Source: a virus
Reading direction: 5' to 3' (one strand)
Length of the DNA stretch: 64,000 bases
Virus record (IMG/VR): IMGVR_UViG_3300045738_002037
Span: 1 to 64,000 of that record
Shown: positions 46,559 to 57,511 of the stretch, piece by piece
Layout of the letters: each line of letters begins with the position of its first letter
Numbering within the stretch: the first letter of the stretch is position 1
Notes under the pieces: generated by a model
The model's input: the letters and a program-made list of their open reading frames with translations, nothing else
Databases searched by the model: none
Told to the model about the DNA's origin: nothing
Made by a program: the position numbers and the translations under genes

Positions 46559-47020
46559 TTACGAATTCGCTTTGCCAACATGCCGCCGCTGCTGTTGTTT
46601 TCGCGCCCTTTGCCGTTGTATCCTCTGAGCCGAAGAGCTATTACCTTTAGTAACTTTAAACTCGATGGAATCTAAAGCTTCAACTAAAGCAGCAGTTATA
46701 TTACCGATTACGACTGGCCTAGAAGCTTCTTCCCCATTAAGAACATAAACTTGACCAGAAGCTACAGAAATATTATTGTCGTCAAGATCATGTATTCTAA
46801 CTAATAAATCACCTATTCCAAGATTTCCATTGTTTGCGCCAGCATAAGTTCCAATATTTTCATTAGAACCTTCAACCATCGTTATTTTTTTATCAGAAAA
46901 TAAAACAGAAAACTCAAATGTGCCTAATGTGTTATTCCAAAAATAATTGTCGGATAACCTTTCAATAGAAGCGGCCACACTTTGCCCAGTTACGTCAGTA
47001 TAACTAATTTTAACACCCAT
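46559..47020 (-). CDS. Hypothetical protein with basic C-terminal tail
   Basis: 153-aa ORF. Confidence 0.65.
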   Translation of the reverse strand: MGVKISYTDVTGQSVAASIERLSDNYFWNNTLGTFEFSVLFSDKKITMVEGSNENIGTYAGANNGNLGIGDLLVRIHDLDDNNISVASGQVYVLNGEEASRPVVIGNITAALVEALDSIEFKVTKGNSSSAQRIQRQRARKQQQRRHVGKANS

Positions 47021-47052
47021 AATATTTTCCCATAGTAAATCTTACTTTATTT

Positions 47053-47724
47053 TTATCTCATGGGATAACCAAATAATTCGCAATCTTCTTTTGCCCAATT
47101 GTCGTTCACATATTTTAATAGTTTAGGATCATGATACCATTCTTTGAAATTAATAAGCTCATGGTATTTCGACGGTAATGATACCTCATATCCTAATATT
47201 TTTGAAAGATTTTCTTCTAAATTTTCATATCTTATAATTTTATAATCTTCTAATCCGCTAGCTTTTATAAACTCTGCTATAGTCTTGTTAAACATCCAAT
47301 TTAGTTTATCTTTATTATAAACAAATTCTTCCCAACAAATGTATTTTTCTGCCAATCCTTTATCTTGCGCCCATTCATAGTGTAAAAATAATCCTACAAG
47401 ACGAGTGTAAGGATCTCGACATATGATATAAATCTTAAGTGCCTCATCGACGATTCCTCGTCTATGCCATCCTTTATGTATTTTTGTGCAATGGTGATTT
47501 ATGCTTTCCTCGTCAAATGGATCTGGGCCTATTACCCAATAAGCATCCCTGCATAACGCCGTACATATGTTTCTACCAGCTGTGCGCGGCGTGGTTATTA
47601 TATCCCCTTCAGCGTCCAAAACCGTTCTGGAATAAGCATTCATGCATAATGCCCTATGTAAATTTCTGCTAGCTGTATGCGGCGGGGTTATTATCACAAT
47701 ATTGCAGTCTTCAATAAAAATCAT
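47053..47724 (-). CDS. Sulfotransferase-family protein (Sulfotransfer_2-like)
   Basis: PPHTASRN and TPRTAGRN (5'-PSB-like), CRDPYTRLVG (3'-PB), IIRYENL, ED..LFGY. Confidence 0.75.
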   Translation of the reverse strand: MIFIEDCNIVIITPPHTASRNLHRALCMNAYSRTVLDAEGDIITTPRTAGRNICTALCRDAYWVIGPDPFDEESINHHCTKIHKGWHRRGIVDEALKIYIICRDPYTRLVGLFLHYEWAQDKGLAEKYICWEEFVYNKDKLNWMFNKTIAEFIKASGLEDYKIIRYENLEENLSKILGYEVSLPSKYHELINFKEWYHDPKLLKYVNDNWAKEDCELFGYPMR

Positions 47725-48308
47725 AGAACCCTCGTCATATAACTAGGCCACTGCTCATTTGTAATTGCTTCCATTTGTATGTCTCTATTCTTTATCCTTT
47801 CGTTAACAGCCCGAATTACCGAAGTGCCCCAGCCCTTTGGGTTAGTTGCGTAATCATGCCCCATTATTAATCCTCCAGTTTTTACCTTTTTAACAGATAA
47901 GGCTATCTCTCGACTAACACACTGATAATGATGATTGGAATCTATATAAACCCAGTCTAAAGAATTATCGGGCAAAGAAGCTAAAAATGAAGAAGAGTGC
48001 TGTTTATGAAGTACGACTTTTCCTTCTTTTATTTGTTCTTTGAATATATCTGCCACTGAAAGATAATGGTCGTCATACCACAGATCCGACAATTCATGTG
48101 ATTTTTGTAAATATTCGGCTTTTTCCCACTTGTCAACCAAAAACAACAAGGAAGGTTTAGTTCTAAACAGCAGTTGTACCGCATTGGTTCCTCGACACAC
48201 ACCAAGTTCTGCCCCAATTCCCTTTTTGGGTATCATTTCATACATTAGTTCTCTAGTATCAATTTCCTCGATAGAAGCTTCGCTATTTAGTGGATTAATT
48301 AAATCCAT
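47721..48308 (-). CDS. Class I SAM-dependent methyltransferase (Methyltransf_24-like)
   Basis: GAELGVCRG, VDKW, LDWVYIDSNH.Y, GGLIMGHDY. Confidence 0.88.
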   Translation of the reverse strand: MDLINPLNSEASIEEIDTRELMYEMIPKKGIGAELGVCRGTNAVQLLFRTKPSLLFLVDKWEKAEYLQKSHELSDLWYDDHYLSVADIFKEQIKEGKVVLHKQHSSSFLASLPDNSLDWVYIDSNHHYQCVSREIALSVKKVKTGGLIMGHDYATNPKGWGTSVIRAVNERIKNRDIQMEAITNEQWPSYMTRVL

Positions 48309-49336
48309 TATCCAAACCTTCCTTCATCAGGACATATAACCAATCTGCGGACCTGGCTTCTCATTAACGCGGCTTCTGCTGGTTCGCTCTCTATAAAATA
48401 AGCTGCATCTGAATCTGCGAATGCTTTTGATTTAAATTTAGCAGCTTCAACGATATGATTAGAATTTCTAATTTTTTCTTTTTCTGTCGGGTACATTTTT
48501 AAAAAACCATATTTTATCTTATACTTTTTTAACCAAGCTTCTGTTATATCTCTATATTTTTCAAGTCTTGCTGTTATTATCCCTTTACATGTATAAGTTC
48601 GAGGAATTCTATGATACAATGGTTTTACATTTGTTATATAATCTACATAATCAACTTCATTTTGACATTTTTTATATGGGACATTTGGCGACAATATTCC
48701 ATCAAAATCCAACACTGCATTTTCAATATATGCGCTATTGAAAAAGTTCCATTCTAAGAGATGAGGTGGAGGTAGCTCTTTTCCATAAACATCCACTACA
48801 TGCAATGTTGCTGGGTGGACATATAGGCTTCCATATAATACTTGTTTATGATTTTTAAAAACTTCTTTTATCTTTTTTATGGATATTCCGCCATACACGG
48901 TATCATCCAAAATCAGTATTTTCCCTTTTTTCTGCTCATAATCTTTCATTCTTTGGCCGCCAAACTGTGATCGGCCAGATAATAAGTGGAATTCTCCTGA
49001 ATTATTAAAAGAATATAAAGGGATGTTTAACCACAAAGCACACATACTGGCTGGCAGATACCCTGATCTAGGCACTCCCGCAATCCCTTTTAATTTAAGT
49101 TCTCCTAATTTTGGAAGCAAATGATTTTTACAATCTTCAATTAAATCATTAATCGTTAAAAATTTACCCTTAACTATAAAATTCTTTCTATCGTGTTTTT
49201 TATCACAAGCTATTTTGTATTCTTCTCTTTCTGCCGAAGTAGCATTTTGACACCATTGCCAATTTGGCGGATCATATGTCATCTCCTGTCTAAAAAATTC
49301 ACAGAATCCTGACTGTAGGCATTGACATTTTTCCAT
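48308..49336 (-). CDS. Phosphoribosyltransferase + HAD-like phosphatase fusion
   Basis: GVPRSG and ILILDDTVYGG (PRPP loop); VLDFDGIL (HAD motif I), IITAR, FIESE. Confidence 0.75.
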   Translation of the reverse strand: MEKCQCLQSGFCEFFRQEMTYDPPNWQWCQNATSAEREEYKIACDKKHDRKNFIVKGKFLTINDLIEDCKNHLLPKLGELKLKGIAGVPRSGYLPASMCALWLNIPLYSFNNSGEFHLLSGRSQFGGQRMKDYEQKKGKILILDDTVYGGISIKKIKEVFKNHKQVLYGSLYVHPATLHVVDVYGKELPPPHLLEWNFFNSAYIENAVLDFDGILSPNVPYKKCQNEVDYVDYITNVKPLYHRIPRTYTCKGIITARLEKYRDITEAWLKKYKIKYGFLKMYPTEKEKIRNSNHIVEAAKFKSKAFADSDAAYFIESEPAEAALMRSQVRRLVICPDEGRFG

Positions 49337-49342
49337 ATATCA

Positions 49343-49717
49343 CTATTCCACAAATATTTCAAATGCTGCCCCTAAATCTCTCGTAAATGTATGTGGAGAG
49401 TTTTCGGGCGAACCTGAACTTCCTTCTCCTGAATTTAAATCACACGGAGAATCATCTCCATAGCCCTCAGGAGGACCACCAACATCGGTAATATATTTAA
49501 CAGTCAATGTGTCGCTGTCTGTAATTCCAGTTACTTGATAAGTGTAAGTTGACAGGGTGTCGTCTGGATCCCCCGCTGTATGATGTACTGCTGTGATCCA
49601 ATCCCCAACTTGCGCATTTACCACTGAAGATCCGTAGTTTACCGTATAAAATGGTCCGGATCCTGAACAACTACTTACCGCAATATTACTATATATTGTT
49701 ATTGTATTTCTTGCCAT
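49343..49717 (-). CDS. Hypothetical beta-rich protein downstream of the fibre gene
   Basis: 124 aa; GAGTAGG SD. Confidence 0.65.
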   Translation of the reverse strand: MARNTITIYSNIAVSSCSGSGPFYTVNYGSSVVNAQVGDWITAVHHTAGDPDDTLSTYTYQVTGITDSDTLTVKYITDVGGPPEGYGDDSPCDLNSGEGSSGSPENSPHTFTRDLGAAFEIFVE

Positions 49718-49731
49718 TATCCTACTCTAGC

Positions 49732-52700
49732 TTAGGGGGCAGTATTAGCTAAGTTTTGCCCTATTATAAACCCATCAAATTTTGTTGCTGTCCTACAAAT
49801 AAATCCATAAACATCAGCCACATCTGTATCCGCAGTCGCTACTGGAGTAATGCCTCCAGCCCAATTAACTACCGCAGCGGCGGGGCTAGTGCCTGTGCCT
49901 GAAGTTACAGTCCAAGCAACAGTCCTTTCTTCAGAATCATCATTTTGAATTCTCACAATAATCCTTTGTCCAACGGTAACATTATGGAATATAACCGCAT
50001 CAATGTCGTCGTCTTCTAAAGTGACTTCATGGTAATTTCCTGTAGCCCAATCTATTGTTATATCTGTATCATCTTCCGATATCGTTCCAGAACCAACGGA
50101 ACCAATTATGGCCTTGCTAAAGATGACCCCGCCGTCAGCATCAATAGCAATGGCATCAGTGTCAGAAGCAGATCCAATATTCCCTCCGTCAGAAATGACC
50201 ACACTAGCCAGAGTTCCTACTGATGTAATATTAGGCTGGGCGGCAGTCGTAACCGTAGCCGCCGTTCCAGTGGTATTTTGATTTAACGTTGCTACCCTGG
50301 CAGCAGCAACAGTGCCAGAAGATATATTGGAGCCATTCAAACTGGCCAAGCTGGCACCGCTTCCTGAAAATATTGTTGCCGCTAAAATTCCCGTGCTAGA
50401 ATTGAAAGTTAAATTACTTCCAGTTTTTGGTTCTTGATCGCCAGTCGCAGTGGTAACAAAGAGCGGAAAACATGTCGTATCGGAAGATTCATCGGCCACA
50501 GTGATATCCGTGGGAGTACCGCCTCCGCCACTAGCTGTAAGCTGCGAACTTGACACTGAAATTCCCGAACCCGCAATGGCAGTAAGGAAATTATCGATAC
50601 TCTCTATAATCACATCGCCGGTAGCACCGCCATCCAAAAAGACCATATGATCAGCAGTTTGTAAAACATCCCCGGCAGAAGCCAGTCCCAACAATTTTGT
50701 TGCAAGAGTGTCGATGCCAACTCTTTTTAGAGTCCCTCCATCAGAATATAAGACTTCATCGGCAGCAACTAATCCACTAGTGATCTCATCAAACCCAGAA
50801 ATACAGTCATCGTTAAGCATTGAATAGTGTACTGCATCAGCTTGAATAGTTGCTGTTCCTGTTACATTACCAGAGCCATCAAATGCCGCAGATGTCCATA
50901 CAACATCTCCAGTCATACCGATTGTTCTAGTAGCAGCCAAAGCTGTGGCAGTATCAGCATTCCCAGTCGTATCTTGATTCAATGTCGCTACTCTAGCAGC
51001 AGCGACAGTCCCCGTAGAAATGTTACTTCCATTCAGGGCGGTCAGGCTGGCCCCGCTGCCTGAGAACAGGGTGGCTGTAACTGTTCCTGTACTAGGATTA
51101 TATGTTAATCCTGTGTCAGTCTCAGCACCTTGTGAACCAGTTGCTCCATCCACAAAAACCGGATATACAGTTTCGTCAGCAGTATTGTTGGCACTTACTG
51201 TAAAATTATCAGCAGTTCCTGTCGTGTCCTGATTTAAAGTTCCAACAGTAAAATCAAGAGTATTATCGTCATCTTGATAGGCGACGGTTATACCGCTTTC
51301 AGTATTACTACCAACCATCGCGCCAACGGTGTCAGCAATATATTCACTAGAAACAGACAAAACACTATTACTAGCAGTAAGGCCAGTGCTTGATTCTGTC
51401 CCAGCAAATAATGTTGCTAAAGAAGCTATCGTAGTTAACTGTTCAGTAGAACCATCAGAATCTAAAGTCGCTAATTTATCGCCATTAGCAGGCGTTACAT
51501 CGCTAAACTCAGAAAAATCTGTTGTAATAGTTATTGTTGTAGAAGAACCACTTGTGTCAATGCCCGCACCGCCTGCAATAGTAAACCCAGCATCGCCAGA
51601 ACCAACTGACAATGCTCCGCCAGTATCGCCAGTTAAAGACACGGCGGTTATATCGCCACCACCGCCGCCGCCGCTAACTTCTTCCCAAGCTGGCGCTGAA
51701 CCAGCGCCTGTAGCAGTTAATACGTGGCCATCAGTTCCTGCTGCTAATTTAGTAAGCACGCCGCCAGAATTACGATAATAAATATCTCCCTCTGCATCGC
51801 TGCCCAGTGTTACAGTAACGCCAGCCAACACAGCCCCAGTCGATAGCGTCCCGGACGTAACAGTGCCAATCGTGGCTAAATTCGCTGCCGATGTAACAGC
51901 AGCCTGAGTAGCTCCTGTCACAGTAGCAGCAGTTCCAGTAGTATTTTGGTTCAATGTCGCCACCCTTGCGGCGGCCACTGTGCCGGAGGAAATATTGCTA
52001 CCATTTAGACTGGTTAGGCTCGCTCCGCTACCAGAAAATACTGTGGCTGTGACGGTCCCCGTGGAGGGGTTGTAGTGCAAGTCTCCATCAGACTGTATAC
52101 CGATACTCGCAGAACCGTCTAAATCGTCCACAAATGTTATTGCGTGATTGGAGTCGTCTGATTCACTATCTGAGACGATGACATTGGTAGCAATAGTAGC
52201 TGTAGCAGCATTGCCAGAAACCGACGTTTGGTCACCAGTATTGTTTCCCGAAATACTGGCGTCAGAAAGTGCTGTACTTAACTGGGCTACGGTAAACGAA
52301 CCCAAAACAGCAGCATTGCCGGTAGATGTAATATGTCCCGTTAGATCGGCATTTGTTGTTACTGTGTCAGCATTGCCGGCGACATCGCCGGTTAAATCGC
52401 CTACAAAAGACGTTGCGGTTAATGCTCCGCTGCTAGAATCAAATGCTAGATTGCTTCCAGATTTTGGTCCTAAATTTCCCGTTGCGGCAGTAACAAATAG
52501 CGGAAAACATGTCGTATCAGAAGACTCATCAGCCACAGTTACAGTAGTCGCAATAGCCGCAACACCAGTCGTATTTTGGTTAAGAGTTGGGAACGTGCAG
52601 TTTGTTAGAGTTCCAGATGCGGGTGTTCCCAATACTGGAGTAACTAAAGTAGGGCTAGTGGCAAAGACTAATGTCCCACTTCCTGTTTCGTCCGATATTA

Positions 52701-54510
52701 CTCCTGCTAGTTGCGCAGAAGTTGTAGCAGCCATAACTGACAAGTTATTAGTAGTATAAACGCCGTTTGTCACAGTATCTGCGTTACCAGTCAAGGCTCC
52801 TTCTATGTCCGCAACTAAAGTAGCTTTTGCATAACCTGCTCCAGAAATGTTTACTGTGGTAGTGGGGGCAGCCTGTAAGTCTTTAAATAGCTTAAACTTG
52901 CCAGAGTCATTGGCATCTCTAAACAATCCCGCATAAAGATCCTGACTTCCAGAGGTGTCATAGAGACCATAAAAACCTATGTCCACAGCATCGCTGCCGT
53001 TGTTGCCACTAGCTAAAATTATTAAGGGATCTTCAACACTAAGAGTGGCCGTATTAACTGTAGTGGTGTCCCCGCTAACAGTTAAATCCCCTAAAATTGT
53101 TACATCGTCTGGAAGCCCAATAGTTACTGTCCCAGCCGCTTCAACGACAGTAACCTCATTGGCCGTTCCAGAAAAAGTCATGGTTCCCCCCAAAGCAACT
53201 GGGGAGGTATTTGAACCATCGCTAACGGTAATAGAAGAATTAGCCAACATTGTGTTGCTAACAGTTCCGCTATCTGTAGTATAAACACCGTTTGTTACTG
53301 CGCCTGCTGTTAAGCTTGCCGCAGTTCCGCTTATGTTGGTTCCTACTAATGCAGAGGGAGTTCCTAGTGCTGGAGTAACCAAAGTAGGATTAGTTCCAAA
53401 GACTAATGCCCCGCTTCCTGTTTCGTCCGATATTACTCCTTTTAATTGAAGAGACGTTGTAGCAGCCATGACTGAAAGGTTGTTGCTAGTATAAACGCCG
53501 TTTGTCACTGTATCAGCGTTCCCTGTGACATCGCCAGTTACATCACCCACAAAAGATGTTGCGGTTAACGCTCCGCTACTAGAATCAAATGCTAGATTGC
53601 TACCAGATTTTGGGCCTAAATCGCCAGTCGCGGCGGTGACAAATAATGGAAAACATGCCGTGTCGGAAGATTCATCGGCCACAGTGACAGCCGTCGCAGT
53701 GCCACCGCCAACAGAAGCCCAAGCTGGATTAGCACTAGTGCCTTGCGTTTTTAAAAAATGACCATTTGTTCCAGCCCCAAGTCTCACATAATTAGTGCCA
53801 TCATAATACATGATGTCACCCTGAGCGTCTGAACCAAGAGCAATCATTGTTCCATCAACAGAGTTGGTTTGAATATTGGCCACAGCGGTTACATTGCCAG
53901 AACCGTCAAAACCTGCAGATGTCCATACAACATCTCCAGTCATACCGATTGTTCTAGTAGCAGCCAAAGCTGTGGCAGTATCAGCATTGCCGGTAAGTGA
54001 TCCTATAAAAACAACGCTAGTTATTGATGTAGCCTCAGTTACCACACCAGCATCAACGTTTATAGTTCCATCTAATACAATGGCACTACCGGCTGCAGGA
54101 GTAATATTAACCGCACCAGCGGTGGTTGAAATAGTAATAGCAGCATCTCCAGCCGTTATATCATCAGCAGCAACACTGCCGCCGCCGCCGCCACTGGCCG
54201 CTATAGTTGTATCCGTAATAGTTAAATTATCACCAATCGACAACCATTTAAAAGTATCAGCGGTTTCATCCCAGAATAAAACCCTATCACCGCCAGGATC
54301 AGATAATGATTCTAAACCAAGATGACTTAATGATAATGTGTTGCCAGATGCAGACAATCCAGATCCAGCAATAATAACATCCGAAAGGGCCATCGTATGG
54401 CCCTCGAATTTTTTAGTAGTAGAATTATATTTTAATATCTGCCCACTTGTGACAGACCCGATATCCTTGGCGTCGACTATTTGTCGAACACCGACTGGTC
54501 TGATATCCAT
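49732..54510 (-). CDS. Long tail fibre / fibre-like virion protein
   Basis: 1592 aa, T/A/G/S-rich; repeated GNADTATAL, FDGSGNV and LSVEDPLI.L modules; C-terminal IDW..GN...L...IQ...R...W...WAGG..P domain. Confidence 0.85.
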   Translation of the reverse strand: MDIRPVGVRQIVDAKDIGSVTSGQILKYNSTTKKFEGHTMALSDVIIAGSGLSASGNTLSLSHLGLESLSDPGGDRVLFWDETADTFKWLSIGDNLTITDTTIAASGGGGGSVAADDITAGDAAITISTTAGAVNITPAAGSAIVLDGTINVDAGVVTEATSITSVVFIGSLTGNADTATALAATRTIGMTGDVVWTSAGFDGSGNVTAVANIQTNSVDGTMIALGSDAQGDIMYYDGTNYVRLGAGTNGHFLKTQGTSANPAWASVGGGTATAVTVADESSDTACFPLFVTAATGDLGPKSGSNLAFDSSSGALTATSFVGDVTGDVTGNADTVTNGVYTSNNLSVMAATTSLQLKGVISDETGSGALVFGTNPTLVTPALGTPSALVGTNISGTAASLTAGAVTNGVYTTDSGTVSNTMLANSSITVSDGSNTSPVALGGTMTFSGTANEVTVVEAAGTVTIGLPDDVTILGDLTVSGDTTTVNTATLSVEDPLIILASGNNGSDAVDIGFYGLYDTSGSQDLYAGLFRDANDSGKFKLFKDLQAAPTTTVNISGAGYAKATLVADIEGALTGNADTVTNGVYTTNNLSVMAATTSAQLAGVISDETGSGTLVFATSPTLVTPVLGTPASGTLTNCTFPTLNQNTTGVAAIATTVTVADESSDTTCFPLFVTAATGNLGPKSGSNLAFDSSSGALTATSFVGDLTGDVAGNADTVTTNADLTGHITSTGNAAVLGSFTVAQLSTALSDASISGNNTGDQTSVSGNAATATIATNVIVSDSESDDSNHAITFVDDLDGSASIGIQSDGDLHYNPSTGTVTATVFSGSGASLTSLNGSNISSGTVAAARVATLNQNTTGTAATVTGATQAAVTSAANLATIGTVTSGTLSTGAVLAGVTVTLGSDAEGDIYYRNSGGVLTKLAAGTDGHVLTATGAGSAPAWEEVSGGGGGGDITAVSLTGDTGGALSVGSGDAGFTIAGGAGIDTSGSSTTITITTDFSEFSDVTPANGDKLATLDSDGSTEQLTTIASLATLFAGTESSTGLTASNSVLSVSSEYIADTVGAMVGSNTESGITVAYQDDDNTLDFTVGTLNQDTTGTADNFTVSANNTADETVYPVFVDGATGSQGAETDTGLTYNPSTGTVTATLFSGSGASLTALNGSNISTGTVAAARVATLNQDTTGNADTATALAATRTIGMTGDVVWTSAAFDGSGNVTGTATIQADAVHYSMLNDDCISGFDEITSGLVAADEVLYSDGGTLKRVGIDTLATKLLGLASAGDVLQTADHMVFLDGGATGDVIIESIDNFLTAIAGSGISVSSSQLTASGGGGTPTDITVADESSDTTCFPLFVTTATGDQEPKTGSNLTFNSSTGILAATIFSGSGASLASLNGSNISSGTVAAARVATLNQNTTGTAATVTTAAQPNITSVGTLASVVISDGGNIGSASDTDAIAIDADGGVIFSKAIIGSVGSGTISEDDTDITIDWATGNYHEVTLEDDDIDAVIFHNVTVGQRIIVRIQNDDSEERTVAWTVTSGTGTSPAAAVVNWAGGITPVATADTDVADVYGFICRTATKFDGFIIGQNLANTAP

Positions 54511-54528
54511 TTGTCACTCCGCAGAACA

Positions 54529-54786
54529 TTATTCAGGCTGCTCCGAAGTTTCAGTGGCAGACACAATTGTGGATTCGGAAACAACACTGCTAGTATTTTG
54601 AGATGTTTTTTCTGCCTCTTCTATTTTAGATTTGGTCTGGAGCATATGTAATCGCGCTTGTTCAAATTGTTCAGAACTTAAAGCCGTCAACTTTATTGTG
54701 GTGGGAATAGACTCCAACACATTCCCGTCGTCATCTATCCGGATAAATTTTGTTTGCACCACAGTCTCAAGATGACCTATCATCAC
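54529..54786 (-). CDS. Hypothetical protein, 85 aa
   Basis: AAGGAG SD; directly upstream of the fibre gene. Confidence 0.65.
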   Translation of the reverse strand: MMIGHLETVVQTKFIRIDDDGNVLESIPTTIKLTALSSEQFEQARLHMLQTKSKIEEAEKTSQNTSSVVSESTIVSATETSEQPE

Positions 54787-54834
54787 ATTCTCCTTTAGAA
54801 TAGATTATAATATTATATACTACATATAAATACA

Positions 54835-54868
54835 CGAAAAGCCCGGTCCATAAGGACCAGGCTTTTCG
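54835..54868. terminator. Intrinsic terminator
   Basis: CGAAAAGCC.GGTCC-ATAA-GGACC.GGCTTTTCG hairpin after 54900..55310. Confidence 0.8.
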
Positions 54869-54899
54869 CTTGATCTAAAACAAGTTTAGATGTGCACGT

Positions 54900-55310
54900 T
54901 TACGCGCCAGCAACTGCCCGAACACTTGCGTGCAGGTCAGCATTAGTGGCGTGAGTAAGACCAGCAGTCGTAAGTCTGAGGAACATATCCTGCCCGATCT
55001 GAATCGGGAAGTCTAAGCTCTTACCGGACGTTCCGGCAACAGAAGCAAAGGTACGCACTGCTCGCAGGCCTACCACTCTGGGCATACCGCGTGTAGCATT
55101 AGCCCTTGCTTCACCCATGTACGGACTCATGTCTGTAGCACTTGTATCACGATTTTGATACGTGACCAAAATTTCCTCGGCAGGGACACTCACGATCAAC
55201 GGGCGCAATCGCTTAATAAGCGCGCCAACTGATTCATGACGATGTGCCTGACGAAAGCCTCGCACTTTGCGAAAAACATTAATGTCAGTATTGGCTGGTT
55301 GAGTAGCCAT
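54900..55310 (-). CDS. Hypothetical protein, possibly an abundant virion protein
   Basis: 136 aa; AGGAG SD, own upstream motif and downstream terminator. Confidence 0.7.
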   Translation of the reverse strand: MATQPANTDINVFRKVRGFRQAHRHESVGALIKRLRPLIVSVPAEEILVTYQNRDTSATDMSPYMGEARANATRGMPRVVGLRAVRTFASVAGTSGKSLDFPIQIGQDMFLRLTTAGLTHATNADLHASVRAVAGA

Positions 55311-55340
55311 AACACATTCTCCTAAAAAAATAAACCTCTG

Positions 55341-55393
55341 AAACTAGATCTAGTTTAGCCGTAACGACTAATTTAGCCGCAACAACTAATTTA
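55341..55393. repeat. 16-bp perfect palindrome plus 18-bp direct repeats in a 5' leader
   Basis: AAACTAGATCTAGTTT (55341-55356); CTAGTTTAGCCGTAACGA / CTAATTTAGCCGCAACAA / CTAATTTA. Confidence 0.8.
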
Positions 55394-55407
55394 TCTTTGC
55401 ACAAATA

Positions 55408-56418
<1,011 letters not shown>

Positions 56419-56425
56419 AAATCAA

Positions 56426-56791
56426 TTATTTTTGCGTTTTTAGCTGAGAGGGCAATTTATCATCTGGTATGCCCGTATATTTAAAATCTTGCAATTTATA
56501 ATTTTTATAAAACAAATTAATAAGATTTACTAAAATATCAAAATTACATGAAAATGGCTTTGTTATAACCATAGCCACAGACGATTCGGGATTGACATAA
56601 TGAACAAAATGTTCAACATTAAACAATACTTTGTCTGCCACACTTGAACTAATATCCGTGAAGATAATCATGTCGCCATTTTTAGGAGATTCGTCAAATA
56701 GTACGTCTCCCACAGTGAAACTGCATGACGGCCCGTCATCTGCATGGCCAGTAATTAAATCAATCCTGACTGGTAACGTAATCGTTATCAT
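56426..56791 (-). CDS. Hypothetical protein
   Basis: 121 aa; ATGA overlap with the upstream gene. Confidence 0.65.
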   Translation of the reverse strand: MITITLPVRIDLITGHADDGPSCSFTVGDVLFDESPKNGDMIIFTDISSSVADKVLFNVEHFVHYVNPESSVAMVITKPFSCNFDILVNLINLFYKNYKLQDFKYTGIPDDKLPSQLKTQK

Positions 56792-57423
56792 TTCTTGTTT
56801 TTTACTGTTGACCTATTATCAGAATTCTCTACAGTAGACCTATTTCCAGAATTTTCCGTAGTAGATGATCTATTATCAGAATTCTCTACAGTAGACCTAT
56901 TTCCAGAATTTTCCGTAGTAGATGATCTATTATCAGAATTCTCTACAGTAGACCTATTTTCTGTTGTTGATCTGTTTCCAGAATTAACATTGCTGTCTCT
57001 AATAATAGTAATATTACTGTCCCTAATATTATAATTTACGACAGTAGTTGGCGAACTAACCGATGGCCTAGCTGTATTTCTTTGGCCCGATGTATTTCTA
57101 GCACGTTGAATATGAGCGCCGATGATATGTGATTGCATGCGCGACAATCCCATACGATAATCATACCCATAGCTAATACCACCACTATTATATGGATTGC
57201 GCCAAATTGGGTCGGGAAACATCGTAGGAACACCATATCGTTGCGCAAAATTGCGCTCTTGAAATTGATACTGCCCTATAGCACGCGCGCCTGGAATAGA
57301 ATAAATACCCCCATCCGGGCCAATATAATGCATTCTTGGGTTAAATCCGGGCGGATACTGAGCAAAAACAGTGCCAGTACACAAAAGAACAAACAGCACA
57401 GACAGCACAGACAAAATTTTCAT
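56788..57423 (-). CDS. Secreted low-complexity protein with Sec signal peptide
   Basis: MKILSVLSVLFVLLCTGTVFA|QYPPG; Y/G/P-rich middle; S/T/N/E/R repeat tail. Confidence 0.7.
   Translation of the reverse strand: MKILSVLSVLFVLLCTGTVFAQYPPGFNPRMHYIGPDGGIYSIPGARAIGQYQFQERNFAQRYGVPTMFPDPIWRNPYNSGGISYGYDYRMGLSRMQSHIIGAHIQRARNTSGQRNTARPSVSSPTTVVNYNIRDSNITIIRDSNVNSGNRSTTENRSTVENSDNRSSTTENSGNRSTVENSDNRSSTTENSGNRSTVENSDNRSTVKNKK
56810..56960. repeat. 60-bp tandem repeat, about 2.5 copies (NRSTVENSDNRSSTTENSG-type unit)
   Basis: Lines 56821-56880 repeat with a fixed offset through 56959. Confidence 0.8.
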
Positions 57424-57511
57424 AACAATACTCCAGGGTAGAAATGGCTCTACATTAATGTGGCATTGTTATAAATACGTGTTAATATTTTTTGAAAGAC
57501 AAATCTATAAT

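Noticed and set aside
57371-57511. N-terminal extension of track ORF 57371..58147
   Set aside because: It overlaps the divergent gene starting at 57423; the ITEDP leader starts at ATG 57512.
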